Source: Hyphomicrobiales bacterium (GTDB lineage Bacteria > Pseudomonadota > Alphaproteobacteria > Rhizobiales > Beijerinckiaceae). Taken from it: a stretch of 64,000 nt of DNA. A program made the translations under genes and the position numbers. A model generated the notes under the pieces. That model saw only the letters and a list, made by a program, of their open reading frames with translations. It was not told the origin of the DNA and made no database searches. Shown in pieces: positions 38,825 to 49,350 of the stretch. The first letter of the stretch is position 1. Each line of letters opens with the position of its first letter. Where the stretch lies: positions 1,726-65,725 of the forward strand of contig JBJTDR010000101.1 of assembly GCA_046092445.1 (NCBI GenBank). Direction: 5' to 3'.

Positions 38825-38836
38825 GCGTTGCCAAGC

Positions 38837-39889
38837 TCAAGCCTTCGGCGACCATTTCTTCGGCTGCACGGATGCGTGCGAAGCTGCCGATTCATAAGCA
38901 GCTTCAACAAGAGCGAATGTTTTCAGATTGTCGACGCCTGAGGTTTCTGCGTCCTGTCCTGCGCGAAAAGATGCAAGCATATGAGCGTTGGTATGCAGCA
39001 CTGCTTCTTGTGACACATGCCATGGACGGCTAGTCCATGAAAGAAGCGGTCCGCCAATATTTTCTTCAAACGACAAACCCTGCGTTGTTACGACCATCTT
39101 TTCGCCCCGCGTAACAATAATGGAGCCTTGGGGACCTTCAATCTCGACAAGCGTCTCAGGAAACTGATCGGGGATACGGCGTGCCTCATATGTCGCTTCG
39201 ACGATTGAGACTGCGCCCGAGTCATGTCTAAGCATCATTGTCGCAGTGTCTTCTGCTTTAATGTTTAGGTTTCGCCGCTGTGTCTCGCATGAGAGATGTG
39301 CAACCTCGCCCATCAACCAACGCGCGAGGTCAAGTACGTGAATACCAACGTCGAGGATCACGAGACGGTCTTCCTGAGCTAAGTAAGGCTGCCCGCGATA
39401 GACATCGAAACCTGTTCGAAACGATAGCCTTGCCCAGTTGGGGTCGCCGATTGCGCCTGAGTCTAGAACCGCTTTTACGCGTCGCATCGATGTTGCAAAT
39501 CTGAAATTCTCATGGACAGCGATCCATGCGCCGTGTGCTTTGGCGTGCTCAACGATGGCGACACACTCGTTCCAGTTTGGCGCAAATGGCTTCTGGACGA
39601 TCATTGCGATTTTGCGCTCGGCTGCCATTGCGGCCAATGCGCGATGGCTCCCCATGCGGGTTGTAATATCAAGCAAATCAATCGGTATCGACTCGAGCAT
39701 TGTCGCCGCATCAGTAAACCATGCCGCATTGAAACGCTTGCCTGCAGCTTCAGCTTTCATGGGATCCTGATCGCACACGGCAACCAACTCGGCGTTTTGT
39801 GTTATTAGGTTGACCCACGCATTGAGATGATTTTGAGCGTAAAAGCCGCACCCAATCAGTCCAATCTTTGTCGTGCCACATTCAACCAT
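38837..39889 (-). CDS. Gfo/Idh/MocA-family oxidoreductase
   Basis: Trimmed to the ATG at 39889 (MVECGTTKIGLIGCGFYAQNH Rossmann start). QKPFA segment and a C-terminal alpha/beta domain. Confidence 0.8.
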   Translation of the reverse strand: MVECGTTKIGLIGCGFYAQNHLNAWVNLITQNAELVAVCDQDPMKAEAAGKRFNAAWFTDAATMLESIPIDLLDITTRMGSHRALAAMAAERKIAMIVQKPFAPNWNECVAIVEHAKAHGAWIAVHENFRFATSMRRVKAVLDSGAIGDPNWARLSFRTGFDVYRGQPYLAQEDRLVILDVGIHVLDLARWLMGEVAHLSCETQRRNLNIKAEDTATMMLRHDSGAVSIVEATYEARRIPDQFPETLVEIEGPQGSIIVTRGEKMVVTTQGLSFEENIGGPLLSWTSRPWHVSQEAVLHTNAHMLASFRAGQDAETSGVDNLKTFALVEAAYESAASHASVQPKKWSPKA

Positions 39890-40184
39890 AATTGAGAATC
39901 CTTTGAGGTGCTTTCTGTTATCGGTCAACGCTGATGATATTGTGATTGTCACTCGGTAACAAGTTGGTTTAGCTTGGCTTTTTGGTCAGAAGAAAAAAGA
40001 TTTTTAGTTCGCTTTTTACTCGCCTTTTTGGTTCAAGAGGGATTAACCGATCTCCATCGAGCCACGAAGAGATTCTGGATGTGGATGCTTCCCAACAACC
40101 TGAAAAAGAATTGCAATCAATGGATTTGCAATGGAAGGAAAGTCATATTGTTAAGTCGCAAAAGTGAACTGGGGCTGATTTGAA

Positions 40185-40928
40185 ATGTCAAGAGTATTGC
40201 TTGTCACCGGCGCCAGCCGAGGAATTGGTGCTGCAACCGCTGTCGCTGGAGCACGCGCGGGATATTCCGTCGCCGTACACTATGATACCCATGGTGAGGA
40301 GGCCGACGCCGTTTGTGCCAAGATACGCAGTGCCGGTGGGCGAGCGATAGCTATATCTGGGGATATGGCCTCCGAACCAAATATTGTCCGGATGTTTGAA
40401 GATGTCACCTCACAATTGGGCACAATTTCGGCGCTCGTTAACAATGCTGGTAGCGTCATTGCTGTCCGCGCAATTGAGGATATTGATTCATCGATTCTTG
40501 ATCGCATCTTGGCCGTGAATCTTGCTGGTCCGATCTACTGTTGCCGAGAGGCGGTTCGACGCATGTCGTCGGCGCGAGGCGGAAATGGCGGCGCGATTGT
40601 TAATATTTCGTCCATGGCAGCACTGCTGGGGGGCCTACCGAACGAGGTACCTTATGCCGCTACGAAGGGAGGTGTGGACTCGCTAACTATCGGGCTGGCC
40701 CGTGAGGTGGCAACTCAGGGAATTCGCGTTAATGCGATCAGGCCGGGCGTTATTGACACGCCAATCCATGCTTTCCATGGTGCAGGGTTCGTCGAGCGTT
40801 TTTCACCAAATTTACCGATGCAACGCGCGGGTACCGCGGATGAGGTTGCCGAAGCTGCGATTTGGTTACTTTCGGCGGCTGCTTCCTATGTTACGGGGTC
40901 AATTCTAAACGTTTCAGGCGGACGCTAG
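40185..40928 (+). CDS. SDR-family oxidoreductase
   Basis: TGASRGIG cofactor motif, NNAG, and the YAATKG catalytic Tyr-x3-Lys. Confidence 0.85.
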   Translation: MSRVLLVTGASRGIGAATAVAGARAGYSVAVHYDTHGEEADAVCAKIRSAGGRAIAISGDMASEPNIVRMFEDVTSQLGTISALVNNAGSVIAVRAIEDIDSSILDRILAVNLAGPIYCCREAVRRMSSARGGNGGAIVNISSMAALLGGLPNEVPYAATKGGVDSLTIGLAREVATQGIRVNAIRPGVIDTPIHAFHGAGFVERFSPNLPMQRAGTADEVAEAAIWLLSAAASYVTGSILNVSGGR

Positions 40929-41707
40929 GCGGGCATTTTTTTGATCTTGCTGCCGGCAATTGCAGTTGTTAGTGTATCCTTCAACAAAGATATATCCGTT
41001 CCGAGACAGAGCATTCTGAATCCTTTTGCTTGCCAAGCTCGTGCTATGTCTGAATTTCCAGCCAGAAAACCGGCGGGCTTACCTGCTTTTGTGCAGGCGG
41101 ATATGAGGTATTTTACGGCCGCTTCGAACTGGGGGTGATCAAACTGTCCGGCTATGCCCATGCTATCGGTTAGATCAAAATGCCCGAGCCAACCGACATC
41201 AATGCCTGACACGGCCATGATTGTGTCAGCATTTTCAATTCCTCTTGCCGTCTCGAGGAGGGCAATCGCCATCACGCGCTCATTGGCCTCACGCATTTTG
41301 TTAGCAACGTCACCGCCAAGATAATCATCATGCGCCATTGAAAATGCCAATCCCCTGACACCTTTCGGGCGATAACGCGTCCATGCCGCGATCTGACGGG
41401 CTTGCTCTTCGGTTTCGACCATCGGGACCATGATCCCTAGTGCGCCTGCATCCAGAACTGTTGCAATCAGATGGTAATGGCACCCCGGAACGCGAACCAT
41501 CGGCGCAATGCCTAGTCCTCGTGCAAATGCGATCTGTGCCTTGATTGTGTCAATGCCGACACCGCTGTGTTCCATATCAAGAATGACAAAACTCGCGCCC
41601 GCGGCATGCAAGATCTGGCAAAGGCCTGGAGTGAAAAACTCGAATACCATAGTGCCAAAGGCGACGTCGCCTGCTTCGAGTGCTACCTTTACCGGATTTG
41701 ATTTCAT
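40925..41707 (-). CDS. HpcH/HpaI-family aldolase, second paralog
   Basis: Same family segments as 34871..35659 (FVILDMEHSG, PMVRVP, GIMVPMV, LLET, GWLGHFDLTDSMG), but clearly diverged from it. Confidence 0.85.
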   Translation of the reverse strand: MKSNPVKVALEAGDVAFGTMVFEFFTPGLCQILHAAGASFVILDMEHSGVGIDTIKAQIAFARGLGIAPMVRVPGCHYHLIATVLDAGALGIMVPMVETEEQARQIAAWTRYRPKGVRGLAFSMAHDDYLGGDVANKMREANERVMAIALLETARGIENADTIMAVSGIDVGWLGHFDLTDSMGIAGQFDHPQFEAAVKYLISACTKAGKPAGFLAGNSDIARAWQAKGFRMLCLGTDISLLKDTLTTAIAGSKIKKMPA

Positions 41708-42373
41708 ATAACCCTACCGAGAGACACAAAACGACCGATCTAGGCATGGAGACATTAATTTTTCTGCTGACTTACGCACGTCAAAGACATGTTCATTTTA
41801 TAAAAAAGCGCACGAGACGCAAAAGTTCATTACCGATATCAACTGTTAAAACAGATAATAGATTTTTCAATGTTTTTCGTCGCGCGTTTCAACGCTATTA
41901 GTTTTTGTCACGCTCCGATCTAAATGCAGCATGAAGGCAGGGATAAAGAGGATTTAATTGAAGAGAGATATTCTCTTTACCTGTGGCGTGATAACCGCCA
42001 ACCTCTGGCGGTATGAAATTTCATTTGTCGGTAATGGTTCGACGTTTCGGTCTCTGAGTCGACTGTTTCGGAAGTTTCCTAATCATGTTTGGTTAGAGAC
42101 CGTCGAAGTTTTCGGTTGTTGGGAAATGACAATCTACTGTTACATTGTTGGATAAACAAAAAGTAGGAATATCGGACATGACTCGTCTTGGTAAAGTAAC
42201 ATAAACGGAGGATACCGCTGAATAGGGTTGCCAAATAGATTTAAATTCGTTGATCAAAAGTCGAATCGCAAGCGAGTTGAGAAAATATTTCTTGGAATTG
42301 TGTTTACTGTTTCCGTTAGACATCAGGTCGACCCAATACTTCTGTGTTGTGACATTGCAAAGAAGATACGAAG

Positions 42374-43346
42374 ATGCTGCATCTACTCGTCGCCGAAAAA
42401 ATTCATGATGCTGGATTGAAGTTGATTAGAGACGCTGAGCGCGTGACCTATGATTACGTCCCAGAGCTATCAACTGATTCTTAATACTAATCTGATCCAC
42501 AAGGCCGATGGCTTGATTGTTCGCACTCAGCGTGTCTCCGCTGACACGATCAAGAGGGCAATAGATCTCAAGATCGTCTCCCGTCATGGCGTTGGCTATG
42601 ATGCGGTCGATATCTCGGCATTGAACATACGGGGCATACCGCTTGCAATTATTGGTGATGTCAACTCTCGACCAGTTGCTGAGCACACGATAATGCCAAT
42701 TCTTGCACTCGCTAAAAAAATCCTCAATTACGATCTGGCAACGCGTGACGGAGAATGGGACTGCCGTAATCGCTTTGACTCTGCTGAACTCTATGACAAG
42801 ACATTACTAATTGTGGGTTTTGGTCGTATCGGACGCCATGTTGCACGAATGGCATTGGGCTTTGGCATGATGGTTCTTGCTTATGATCCAGGTTTACAAT
42901 CTGACGTTATTCGGTTTACTGGAGTTGAATCGGTTGAGTCGCGAATGGAGGGTCTCTGTCGTGCAGATATCATTAGCTTGCATGCACCGAGATGTGGCGA
43001 AATACCGCTTATTGGGGCCTGTCAGTTTTCCGCTATGAAGCCCTCGTCATTCATCGTAAATACTGCCCGCGGCGGTCTTATCGACGAGTAGGCACTAGTT
43101 GCTGCGCTTGATTCAGGACGTTTGGCTGGCGCAGGCATTGGTGTTTTCGCTGGCGAACCCCCGCCCTCCTACCATCCACTTTTTAGCCGTGACAACGTTA
43201 TCCTATCACCACACACTGTATCTCTAACGGCTGAAGCGGCTGCTCGAATGGCAGTCACATCGGTTCGAAACGTGCTCGACTATTTTAATGGACGACTTGA
43301 TCCTTCTTTCGTTGTTAATCGCGATGAAATAGGCTATCATAGTTGA
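42374..43346 (+). pseudogene. D-2-hydroxyacid (phosphoglycerate-type) dehydrogenase, frameshift plus in-frame TAG
   Basis: The N-terminal 36 codons (MLHLLVAEKIHDAGLKLIRD...) from 42374 end at the TAA at 42482. The homologous reading continues in another frame (ORF 42450..43091: ADGLIVRTQRVS, SRHGVGYDAVD, GFGRIGRHVA, NTARGGLIDE). It then hits TAG at 43089-43091 and resumes in frame (ALVAALDSGRLAGAGIGVFAGEPP...SPH). Confidence 0.75.
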
Positions 43347-44154
43347 GCGTCATTTTTTTAGACGGATGTGGCGAGCTTTCGTAAGCGCCCCATATAGACT
43401 GGTCGTAATTTATATTGGCGCCAGTCATCAAGCCAGACTCGCTTGAGGCGAGAAAGGCAACCGCGCGGGCTACCTCGTTTGGATCTATAAGACGACCAAA
43501 AGGCTGTTGTGGCGCAGCTCTTTCGAGCCAATCCGGCGGATTGCCGTCGCTCTGCTGAATGAGATTCTCGCCCTCCGATGCCATCCAACCAATATTCAGA
43601 CTGTTAATCCGAATACGGTTTCGCAGAACCGAGAATGCAATGTTTTCAGTGAGGGTGGCCAGCGCACCTTTCGACGCACAGTAAGCAGTCAGAAAAGGTT
43701 GCCCTGCTTTAGCGGACATTGAGCCGATGTTAACAATTGTTCCTTCAATTTGTTCACGAATCATCACCTCTAGAGTTTTTTGAGTTAAAAAAAATGGACC
43801 ACGTACATTCGTATTGAAAATAGCGTCGAATAGTTCAGGTGTTGTATTCAGAATTGTGCCACGATTTGTGATCGCGGCACAATTTACTAATGTATCAATT
43901 CGCCCAAATATTTTATCGGAAATTGAGATTACATTTTTGCAGTCTTCTATACTTGATTGCTCAAATTGTATAAAGATCGCATTTGTACCGTAAGTCTCCT
44001 TTATCTCTCGGGTTGTTGCCTCGCCACGGACCATATCTCGACCACAGATTACAATGCCTTCCGCACCACGCTCAGCGAGAATTCTAGCAACGGCCTTTCC
44101 GAGGCCTTGAGTTGATCCCGTGACAACTGCAATTTTTCCGCCGAACTGTGCCAT
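43315..44154 (-). CDS. SDR-family oxidoreductase
   Basis: Trimmed to the ATG at 44154 (GGAGAG upstream). TGSTQGLG, NCAA, and the YCASKG catalytic motif. Confidence 0.85.
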   Translation of the reverse strand: MAQFGGKIAVVTGSTQGLGKAVARILAERGAEGIVICGRDMVRGEATTREIKETYGTNAIFIQFEQSSIEDCKNVISISDKIFGRIDTLVNCAAITNRGTILNTTPELFDAIFNTNVRGPFFLTQKTLEVMIREQIEGTIVNIGSMSAKAGQPFLTAYCASKGALATLTENIAFSVLRNRIRINSLNIGWMASEGENLIQQSDGNPPDWLERAAPQQPFGRLIDPNEVARAVAFLASSESGLMTGANINYDQSIWGAYESSPHPSKKMTLNYDSLFHRD

Positions 44155-44417
44155 TTTCTCTCCTGCTGGTTCGGGTGTCAGTATGTATCGACCTACAATG
44201 CGTCTTTTATCTATCTTGTATTGGCCCATTCTTGCTAGCCGTAGGGAAGGGATTTTTGATGATAAGATTATTTACTATGCTCTACGTCTTTTCCTATGAA
44301 TCCGATCGTTAATGTGCGTCTTAGAGAAATTCTGAATTATATCCTCAATTGAGTGTGTTCTAACTTTTTAGGATAACATCATTGCATTTAAAATTAATTG
44401 CTCGGTTGTCGTTGCAA

Positions 44418-44444
44418 ATGTGATTGAACACGTTACGATCACAT
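44418..44444. promoter_or_regulatory. inverted repeat ATGTGAT-N13-ATCACAT upstream of the sugar ABC operon
   Basis: Arms at 44418-44424 and 44438-44444, 44 nt before the ATG of the binding-protein gene. Confidence 0.35.
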
Positions 44445-44487
44445 CGCCTAGGAAAAATTCGGGCTCATATATGGGGAGGATAAAAGA

Positions 44488-45534
44488 ATGAGAGTATTGA
44501 GAAATGGACTGTTGGTCGCCGCGCTAATTGAGGTCGCTTTAGTTGTGCCGGCCGCTGCGGCTGGAAAGGTTGTGATTGGCTACTCGGCGCCTGCTCTTCT
44601 TGGTGGACAGGGTCAGATCCAGGCTGGCCTTGTCAATGGCGCCAAGGCGAAGGGTTGGGAGGTTCTGACCATTACCTCAGGGGGTGATGCACAGAAGCAA
44701 ATTAACGATATAAATGATTTCATTGCGCAAAGGGTCGATGCCATTGTCGCGGTCCCTGATGACAGTGCAGGTATTTGTCAGGCGGTTAAATCGGCTAAAG
44801 CAGCAAAAATTCCGTTTTACACAATTGATCGTTCCCCATCTGGCTGTGAAATCGATATGGTTATTTTGTCGGATAATTATCTTGCCGGTAAGCAAGCTGG
44901 AGAGGCAATGGTTGCTTTCTTGATAGACCGTTACGGCTCCGCGAAGGGAAAAGTCTTGGAGATCACCGGTAATCTCGCACAGAATGTCGCTCAATTGCGC
45001 GGTGCCGGGTTCAACGACGTGATCAAGAAGAGTCCGGGGATCAAGGTGATCACAAAGGTAGGTGATTGGGACGCGCCGAAGGGCGTCGATATTGTCCGCG
45101 ACGTTGCTTCATCTGAAGCCGATCTCGATGGTATCTACATGCATTCCGATTGTGTTTATTCTGAAGGGACGGTTCAAACATTGAAGGAGCTTGGTAAGGG
45201 TGCCGAGTCGGGCCAGAATGGTCATATATTCCTCGCCAGTGTTGATGCTTGTCTCTCAGCTCTAGAATTGATGCGGGCAAACAAGTTCGATCATGCTTCG
45301 AATCAACCGATCCCGGATTTCGGAATGCTCGCTGCTGACTTTATTGAAAAGAAACTCAGGGGAGAAGTAATCGCCCCGGGCGAGGTCAAGAAAGATGGGA
45401 CACTTTGGTCACCCGCTCGAATTGAGAAGTCGGACGTTGGCATGCAGTTATTCTTGTCCACCACACCAATCAACAAGTCGAACATGAACGATGAGCGTCT
45501 TTGGGGTAATATTGAAAAGAAAAATGGCGGTTGA
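44488..45534 (+). CDS. sugar ABC transporter periplasmic binding protein (RbsB/inositol-binding type)
   Basis: Signal peptide (LLVAALIEVALVVPAAAA), type I periplasmic binding fold, about 348 aa. GGGGAGG lies upstream. Confidence 0.85.
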   Translation: MRVLRNGLLVAALIEVALVVPAAAAGKVVIGYSAPALLGGQGQIQAGLVNGAKAKGWEVLTITSGGDAQKQINDINDFIAQRVDAIVAVPDDSAGICQAVKSAKAAKIPFYTIDRSPSGCEIDMVILSDNYLAGKQAGEAMVAFLIDRYGSAKGKVLEITGNLAQNVAQLRGAGFNDVIKKSPGIKVITKVGDWDAPKGVDIVRDVASSEADLDGIYMHSDCVYSEGTVQTLKELGKGAESGQNGHIFLASVDACLSALELMRANKFDHASNQPIPDFGMLAADFIEKKLRGEVIAPGEVKKDGTLWSPARIEKSDVGMQLFLSTTPINKSNMNDERLWGNIEKKNGG

Positions 45535-45630
45535 TCAGCATAATACAAAAACTTAAACGCAGAGGTGCGGTTTTGGATTTTCGAAACCGCACCTCCAAAC
45601 TCAAAGAAGTAAACAGGACGGAGAGCAGAA

Positions 45631-47163
45631 ATGGAAGATGCTGTTCCAACGCCTGTGGTTGAAATGCTTGATATCGTCAAGGTTTTTCCTGGCGTTAGAG
45701 CCCTTGACTCAGTTTCTTTTTCTGTGAGGCATGGCGAGATACATGCGTTGCTAGGTAAGAATGGTGCGGGAAAATCAACCTTGATGCATGTTCTGACAGG
45801 GTTATACACTCCTGACTCAGGATCGATTCGCGTCAGAGATATCCAATACGAAAATTTGAATACTGCGCGGGCGAAAGAGGCTGGTATCGCACTAGTCGCG
45901 CAGCATGCAAAGTTCGTTCCGGGCCTAAGCATCGCTGAAAATTTATACAGCGGGATGCTGCCGGTAGGACAATTTGGCTTTGTGGACTGGAAGAAAATGA
46001 GACGCGATGCCAGTGATAGGCTCGGTCAGTTCGATATTGATATTGATGTCACCCGGTTAATGGAAGAGACGACTGTTGCCGAGCGGCAGATGATAGAAAT
46101 TGCGCGGGCACTGTTTGCTGATGCGAGTGTGATTATTCTCGATGAGCCCACGGCTCCTCTGCCAAAACATGATGTGGTAAAATTATTTGAATTTGTTCGA
46201 AGACAGCGTGAGCGTGGTGCGTCTTTCATCTATATTTCACACTATCTCGAGGAAATATTTGAAGTTGCTGATCACGTAACTGTAATGCGCAACGGCACTG
46301 TAGCGGGGTCCTCGCCGGTTAAAGACATTACTCAGCCAGAACTAATACGATTGATTAGTGGTGCAGATGTCGAGCGCTACAAGAGAGAAGGTAGTTCGAT
46401 TGGTGGAGCAGTTCTCGAAGTTAAGGGGCTAACGCGACCGGGGGCCTATTCCGATGTCAATTTGATGTTTCATGGTGGTGAGGTCGTAGGTCTCACGGGA
46501 CTTGAAGGCAGTGGACCCGGCGAACTTGCGCGCGGTCTTTTCGGACTGGAGACGCTCGGTGAGGGCAAGGTAACACTCAATTCCGTTTCCTATCGCAATG
46601 GAAGCCCCATTGTTGCTCTTCAGCAAGGCTTAGCTTATCTTCCGAGAGATCGTCACGGCCTTGGCATCATTGGAGTTCGGAGTGTTCGTGACAATGTCTC
46701 GCTATCGGTGCTTGAACGGCTGGAACCGCTTTTTGGGTTGATTAACAGTGCTAAAGAGAAAAAGCTTGTTCAAGATTATATCGATGTTCTGGGAATTAAG
46801 GCTCCGTCAATGAGCACAGCGGTTGAAAATCTCAGTGGCGGCAACCAGCAAAAGGTTGTTGTCGCAAAACTAGCCGCTACCGAACCAAAAATGCTTTTTC
46901 TTGATGAACCCACTCAAGGTGTGGATGTTCAGGCGAAGGTTGAGTTACTTCGGATTGTTGATGATTTGAGCAAGCGCGGTGTTGCTGTAGCTGTTGTTTC
47001 TGATGAACTTAGCGAGTTGATAGATATTTGTGATAGAATCGTTGTGTTCTATCGCGGCGCTATCATTCGAGAATTCCGAAAGGATAGTGATAAGATAACC
47101 ACTGCAATATTATTGGCTGCTATCGAAGGTGAGACCATGGAGATGGTGGATGCAAGTGTCTAA
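45631..47163 (+). CDS. sugar ABC transporter ATP-binding protein, duplicated cassette (RbsA-like)
   Basis: The first cassette has GKNGAGKST and ILDEPTA. The second has the degenerate Walker A typical of RbsA-type proteins, plus LSGGNQQK and LFLDEPTQGVD. Confidence 0.9.
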   Translation: MEDAVPTPVVEMLDIVKVFPGVRALDSVSFSVRHGEIHALLGKNGAGKSTLMHVLTGLYTPDSGSIRVRDIQYENLNTARAKEAGIALVAQHAKFVPGLSIAENLYSGMLPVGQFGFVDWKKMRRDASDRLGQFDIDIDVTRLMEETTVAERQMIEIARALFADASVIILDEPTAPLPKHDVVKLFEFVRRQRERGASFIYISHYLEEIFEVADHVTVMRNGTVAGSSPVKDITQPELIRLISGADVERYKREGSSIGGAVLEVKGLTRPGAYSDVNLMFHGGEVVGLTGLEGSGPGELARGLFGLETLGEGKVTLNSVSYRNGSPIVALQQGLAYLPRDRHGLGIIGVRSVRDNVSLSVLERLEPLFGLINSAKEKKLVQDYIDVLGIKAPSMSTAVENLSGGNQQKVVVAKLAATEPKMLFLDEPTQGVDVQAKVELLRIVDDLSKRGVAVAVVSDELSELIDICDRIVVFYRGAIIREFRKDSDKITTAILLAAIEGETMEMVDASV

Positions 47164-48208
47164 ATACATTCCGACTTTGCTAGATCATTTGATTTGGGTG
47201 ATTCTAGGTTTAGTATTTGTTTTTTTTGTATTTCAGTCACCTGTATTTCTGACATCGACAAATATCACGAATATTCTTACTGCCGCAGCCGTTCTGGGGA
47301 TCTTGGTTGTGGGGCAGACGTTTGTTCTGATAACGGGGAATTTTGATCTCTCTTCCGAGTCGACGCTGGGGGTTACAGCTCTCTTCGGTATGTTTTTGAT
47401 CGTCCCTGCAACGCCCCCTTATTGGGGTGGAGGGATAATGCTCAATCCTTACCTTGCAATTATCACGATTCTTCTAACTGGTGCGCTGATTGGTTATGTT
47501 GTCGGATTTTTGATCACGGTTGGTAAAATGAATAACTTTATTGTGACGCTCGCAATGCTGCTTATTCTAAGAGGCCTTATGATGGCTTTCACTCAGGGAA
47601 AGCCCATAAGCGGACTGAATTTTGAGCCTGCTGAAGTATACTTTTGGTTGGGTCACGAGGCGCTTTTCCAAATCCCCAATTCGGCTCGGATCCCAATAGC
47701 CGTTGTTGCAACAGCAGTAGTGTTTGGAGCCGGACATATCTTCCTTAATCACCGTCGATTTGGCCGAGAACTTTATGCAATTGGGGGCAACAAGAATGCA
47801 GCCATTGCTTCGGGTATCGACGCGGATCGCCGCATCCGCCAAGTTTATGTTATGAGCGGAATACTAGCTGCGCTCGCAGGTTGGATGCTTGCTGGTCGGG
47901 TCGGTTCAATCCAAGTCAACCTTGGTGACGGATACATATTCACGGTTATGGCGGCAGCAGTGATCGGTGGCATCAGTTTGCAGGGTGGCCGCGGAACAAT
48001 GCTGGGCGCACTCGGTGGTGTACTTTTATTATCGACAATTGATCGTGGTCTAAATCTCATGAGAGTTTCCGTGTTTTGGGTAAAGGTTATTCAAGGCCTA
48101 ATAATCATGTTTGCCATGTTTATTGACGCCCAGCGTGTTCGTTACCGCACACCCCATGTCAAGGTTGCTAGGTCAGTGGTTGCGAGATCAACGGACAAGA
48201 TGGCATAG
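47150..48208 (+). CDS. sugar ABC transporter permease (RbsC-like)
   Basis: Polytopic BPD-2 type permease. The ATG at 47150 overlaps the ATPase 3' end. Confidence 0.85.
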   Translation: MQVSKYIPTLLDHLIWVILGLVFVFFVFQSPVFLTSTNITNILTAAAVLGILVVGQTFVLITGNFDLSSESTLGVTALFGMFLIVPATPPYWGGGIMLNPYLAIITILLTGALIGYVVGFLITVGKMNNFIVTLAMLLILRGLMMAFTQGKPISGLNFEPAEVYFWLGHEALFQIPNSARIPIAVVATAVVFGAGHIFLNHRRFGRELYAIGGNKNAAIASGIDADRRIRQVYVMSGILAALAGWMLAGRVGSIQVNLGDGYIFTVMAAAVIGGISLQGGRGTMLGALGGVLLLSTIDRGLNLMRVSVFWVKVIQGLIIMFAMFIDAQRVRYRTPHVKVARSVVARSTDKMA

Positions 48209-48351
48209 GCGTTTTCTTCTCTCTTCTCCTGAGTGCGTTGCACCACGCGTCCATTAACGGCTGAGCAGTGGTTTCTTTCGGTCAAATTGTAATCGGGTCG
48301 TGTCTAAATTTGATAAGTCTTCTCATACCTAACTGAACAGGGATCATCACG

Positions 48352-49350
48352 ATGACAATTGCTTTCGGCTTACTCGGTGCGGGTCGTATCGGCAAAACAC
48401 ATGCGACAGCGATACTCGGAATTCCCGGTGCAAAGCTCGCGGCGGTCTATGATCCTATTGCCGCCGCAGCCGAGCACATTGTTGCTATATGCGGTGCGCG
48501 CCGCGCATCCGTTGAAGAAATTCTCGCTGACAAGTCGATCGATGCTGTTCTTATCTGTACACCTACTGATTTGCATGCAGACCAAATTGAACTCTCAGCG
48601 AAAGCGGGTAAAGCAATTTTCTGCGAAAAGCCTGTTGATCTTTGTGCCAAGCGCGTTCGTGCGTGTCTCAAAGTAATTGACGCCACAAAGGCCAAGCTGA
48701 TGATTGGCTTCAACCGGCGTTTCGACGTCAATTTTTCTGCGGTTCGGAAGAGTATTGACGCCGATGATATCGGTTGTGTCGAGTTGGTCCAGATTGTATC
48801 TCGTGATCCTTGCCCTCCTTCGCTAGATTACATCAAGCGCTCGGGAGGTCTTTTCCGCGATATGATGATTCATGATTTAGACTTGGCACGTTTTCTCCTC
48901 AATGGTGAGGAGATTGTATCCGTTTCGGCCACAGGTTCTGTGCTTGTTGATTATGATATTGGCGCGGCTGCCGATGTTGATACGGCTACTGCGACGTTGC
49001 GATCCAAATCAGGTAAAATCGTTGTGATAACCAATTCTCGCCGGGCAACCTATGGCTATGATCAGCGCATCGAAATTCATGGATCGAAGGGCGCTTTAAG
49101 TGCAGCCAATATTCATAAAAATACTGTAACGCTTGCCAATACTGATGGTTATCGAGAGGCTCCCCTGATGAACTTCTTCATGGAGCGTTATGCCGATGCT
49201 TATCGCTCGGAATTGCAAAGTTTTGTGGATGCAGTTCAGAACGGAACCCCCATTTCGCCATCGGGTATTGACGGGCTTAAGGCACTCGAGCTTGCGGATG
49301 CTTGTGTAATATCTATGCAGACAAAGGCTGAAGTAATCGTTTCTGTGTAA
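48352..49350 (+). CDS. iolG: myo-inositol 2-dehydrogenase-like Gfo/Idh/MocA oxidoreductase
   Basis: FGLLGAGRIGKTHA, ICTPTDLHAD, AIFCEKPVDL, GFNRRFD, IKRSGGLFRDMMIHD and SRRATYGYDQRIEIHGSKG all match my recollection of rhizobial IdhA/IolG closely. Confidence 0.75.
   Translation: MTIAFGLLGAGRIGKTHATAILGIPGAKLAAVYDPIAAAAEHIVAICGARRASVEEILADKSIDAVLICTPTDLHADQIELSAKAGKAIFCEKPVDLCAKRVRACLKVIDATKAKLMIGFNRRFDVNFSAVRKSIDADDIGCVELVQIVSRDPCPPSLDYIKRSGGLFRDMMIHDLDLARFLLNGEEIVSVSATGSVLVDYDIGAAADVDTATATLRSKSGKIVVITNSRRATYGYDQRIEIHGSKGALSAANIHKNTVTLANTDGYREAPLMNFFMERYADAYRSELQSFVDAVQNGTPISPSGIDGLKALELADACVISMQTKAEVIVSV

Noticed and set aside
42093-42323. The 76-aa minus-strand ORF in the ORF-poor AT-rich stretch as a regulator or transposase remnant.
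   Set aside because: It has no recognisable motif, no ribosome-binding site, and a composition typical of random AT-rich sequence. It is mentioned only as part of the decayed segment.
43089-43091. The in-frame TAG in the 2-hydroxyacid dehydrogenase as a pyrrolysine codon. The idea is tempting because an MttB-family gene is in the same window.
   Set aside because: No pylTSBCD-like genes were seen. The MttB homolog itself has no in-frame TAG. The same dehydrogenase gene also carries a frameshift and a degraded conserved motif. A nonsense mutation in a pseudogene is therefore the simpler reading.
44418-44444. A CRP/FNR-type site, because the arms contain TGTGA and TCACA.
   Set aside because: The spacing between TGTGA and TCACA is 15 nt rather than 6 nt, so it does not fit the CRP/FNR architecture.
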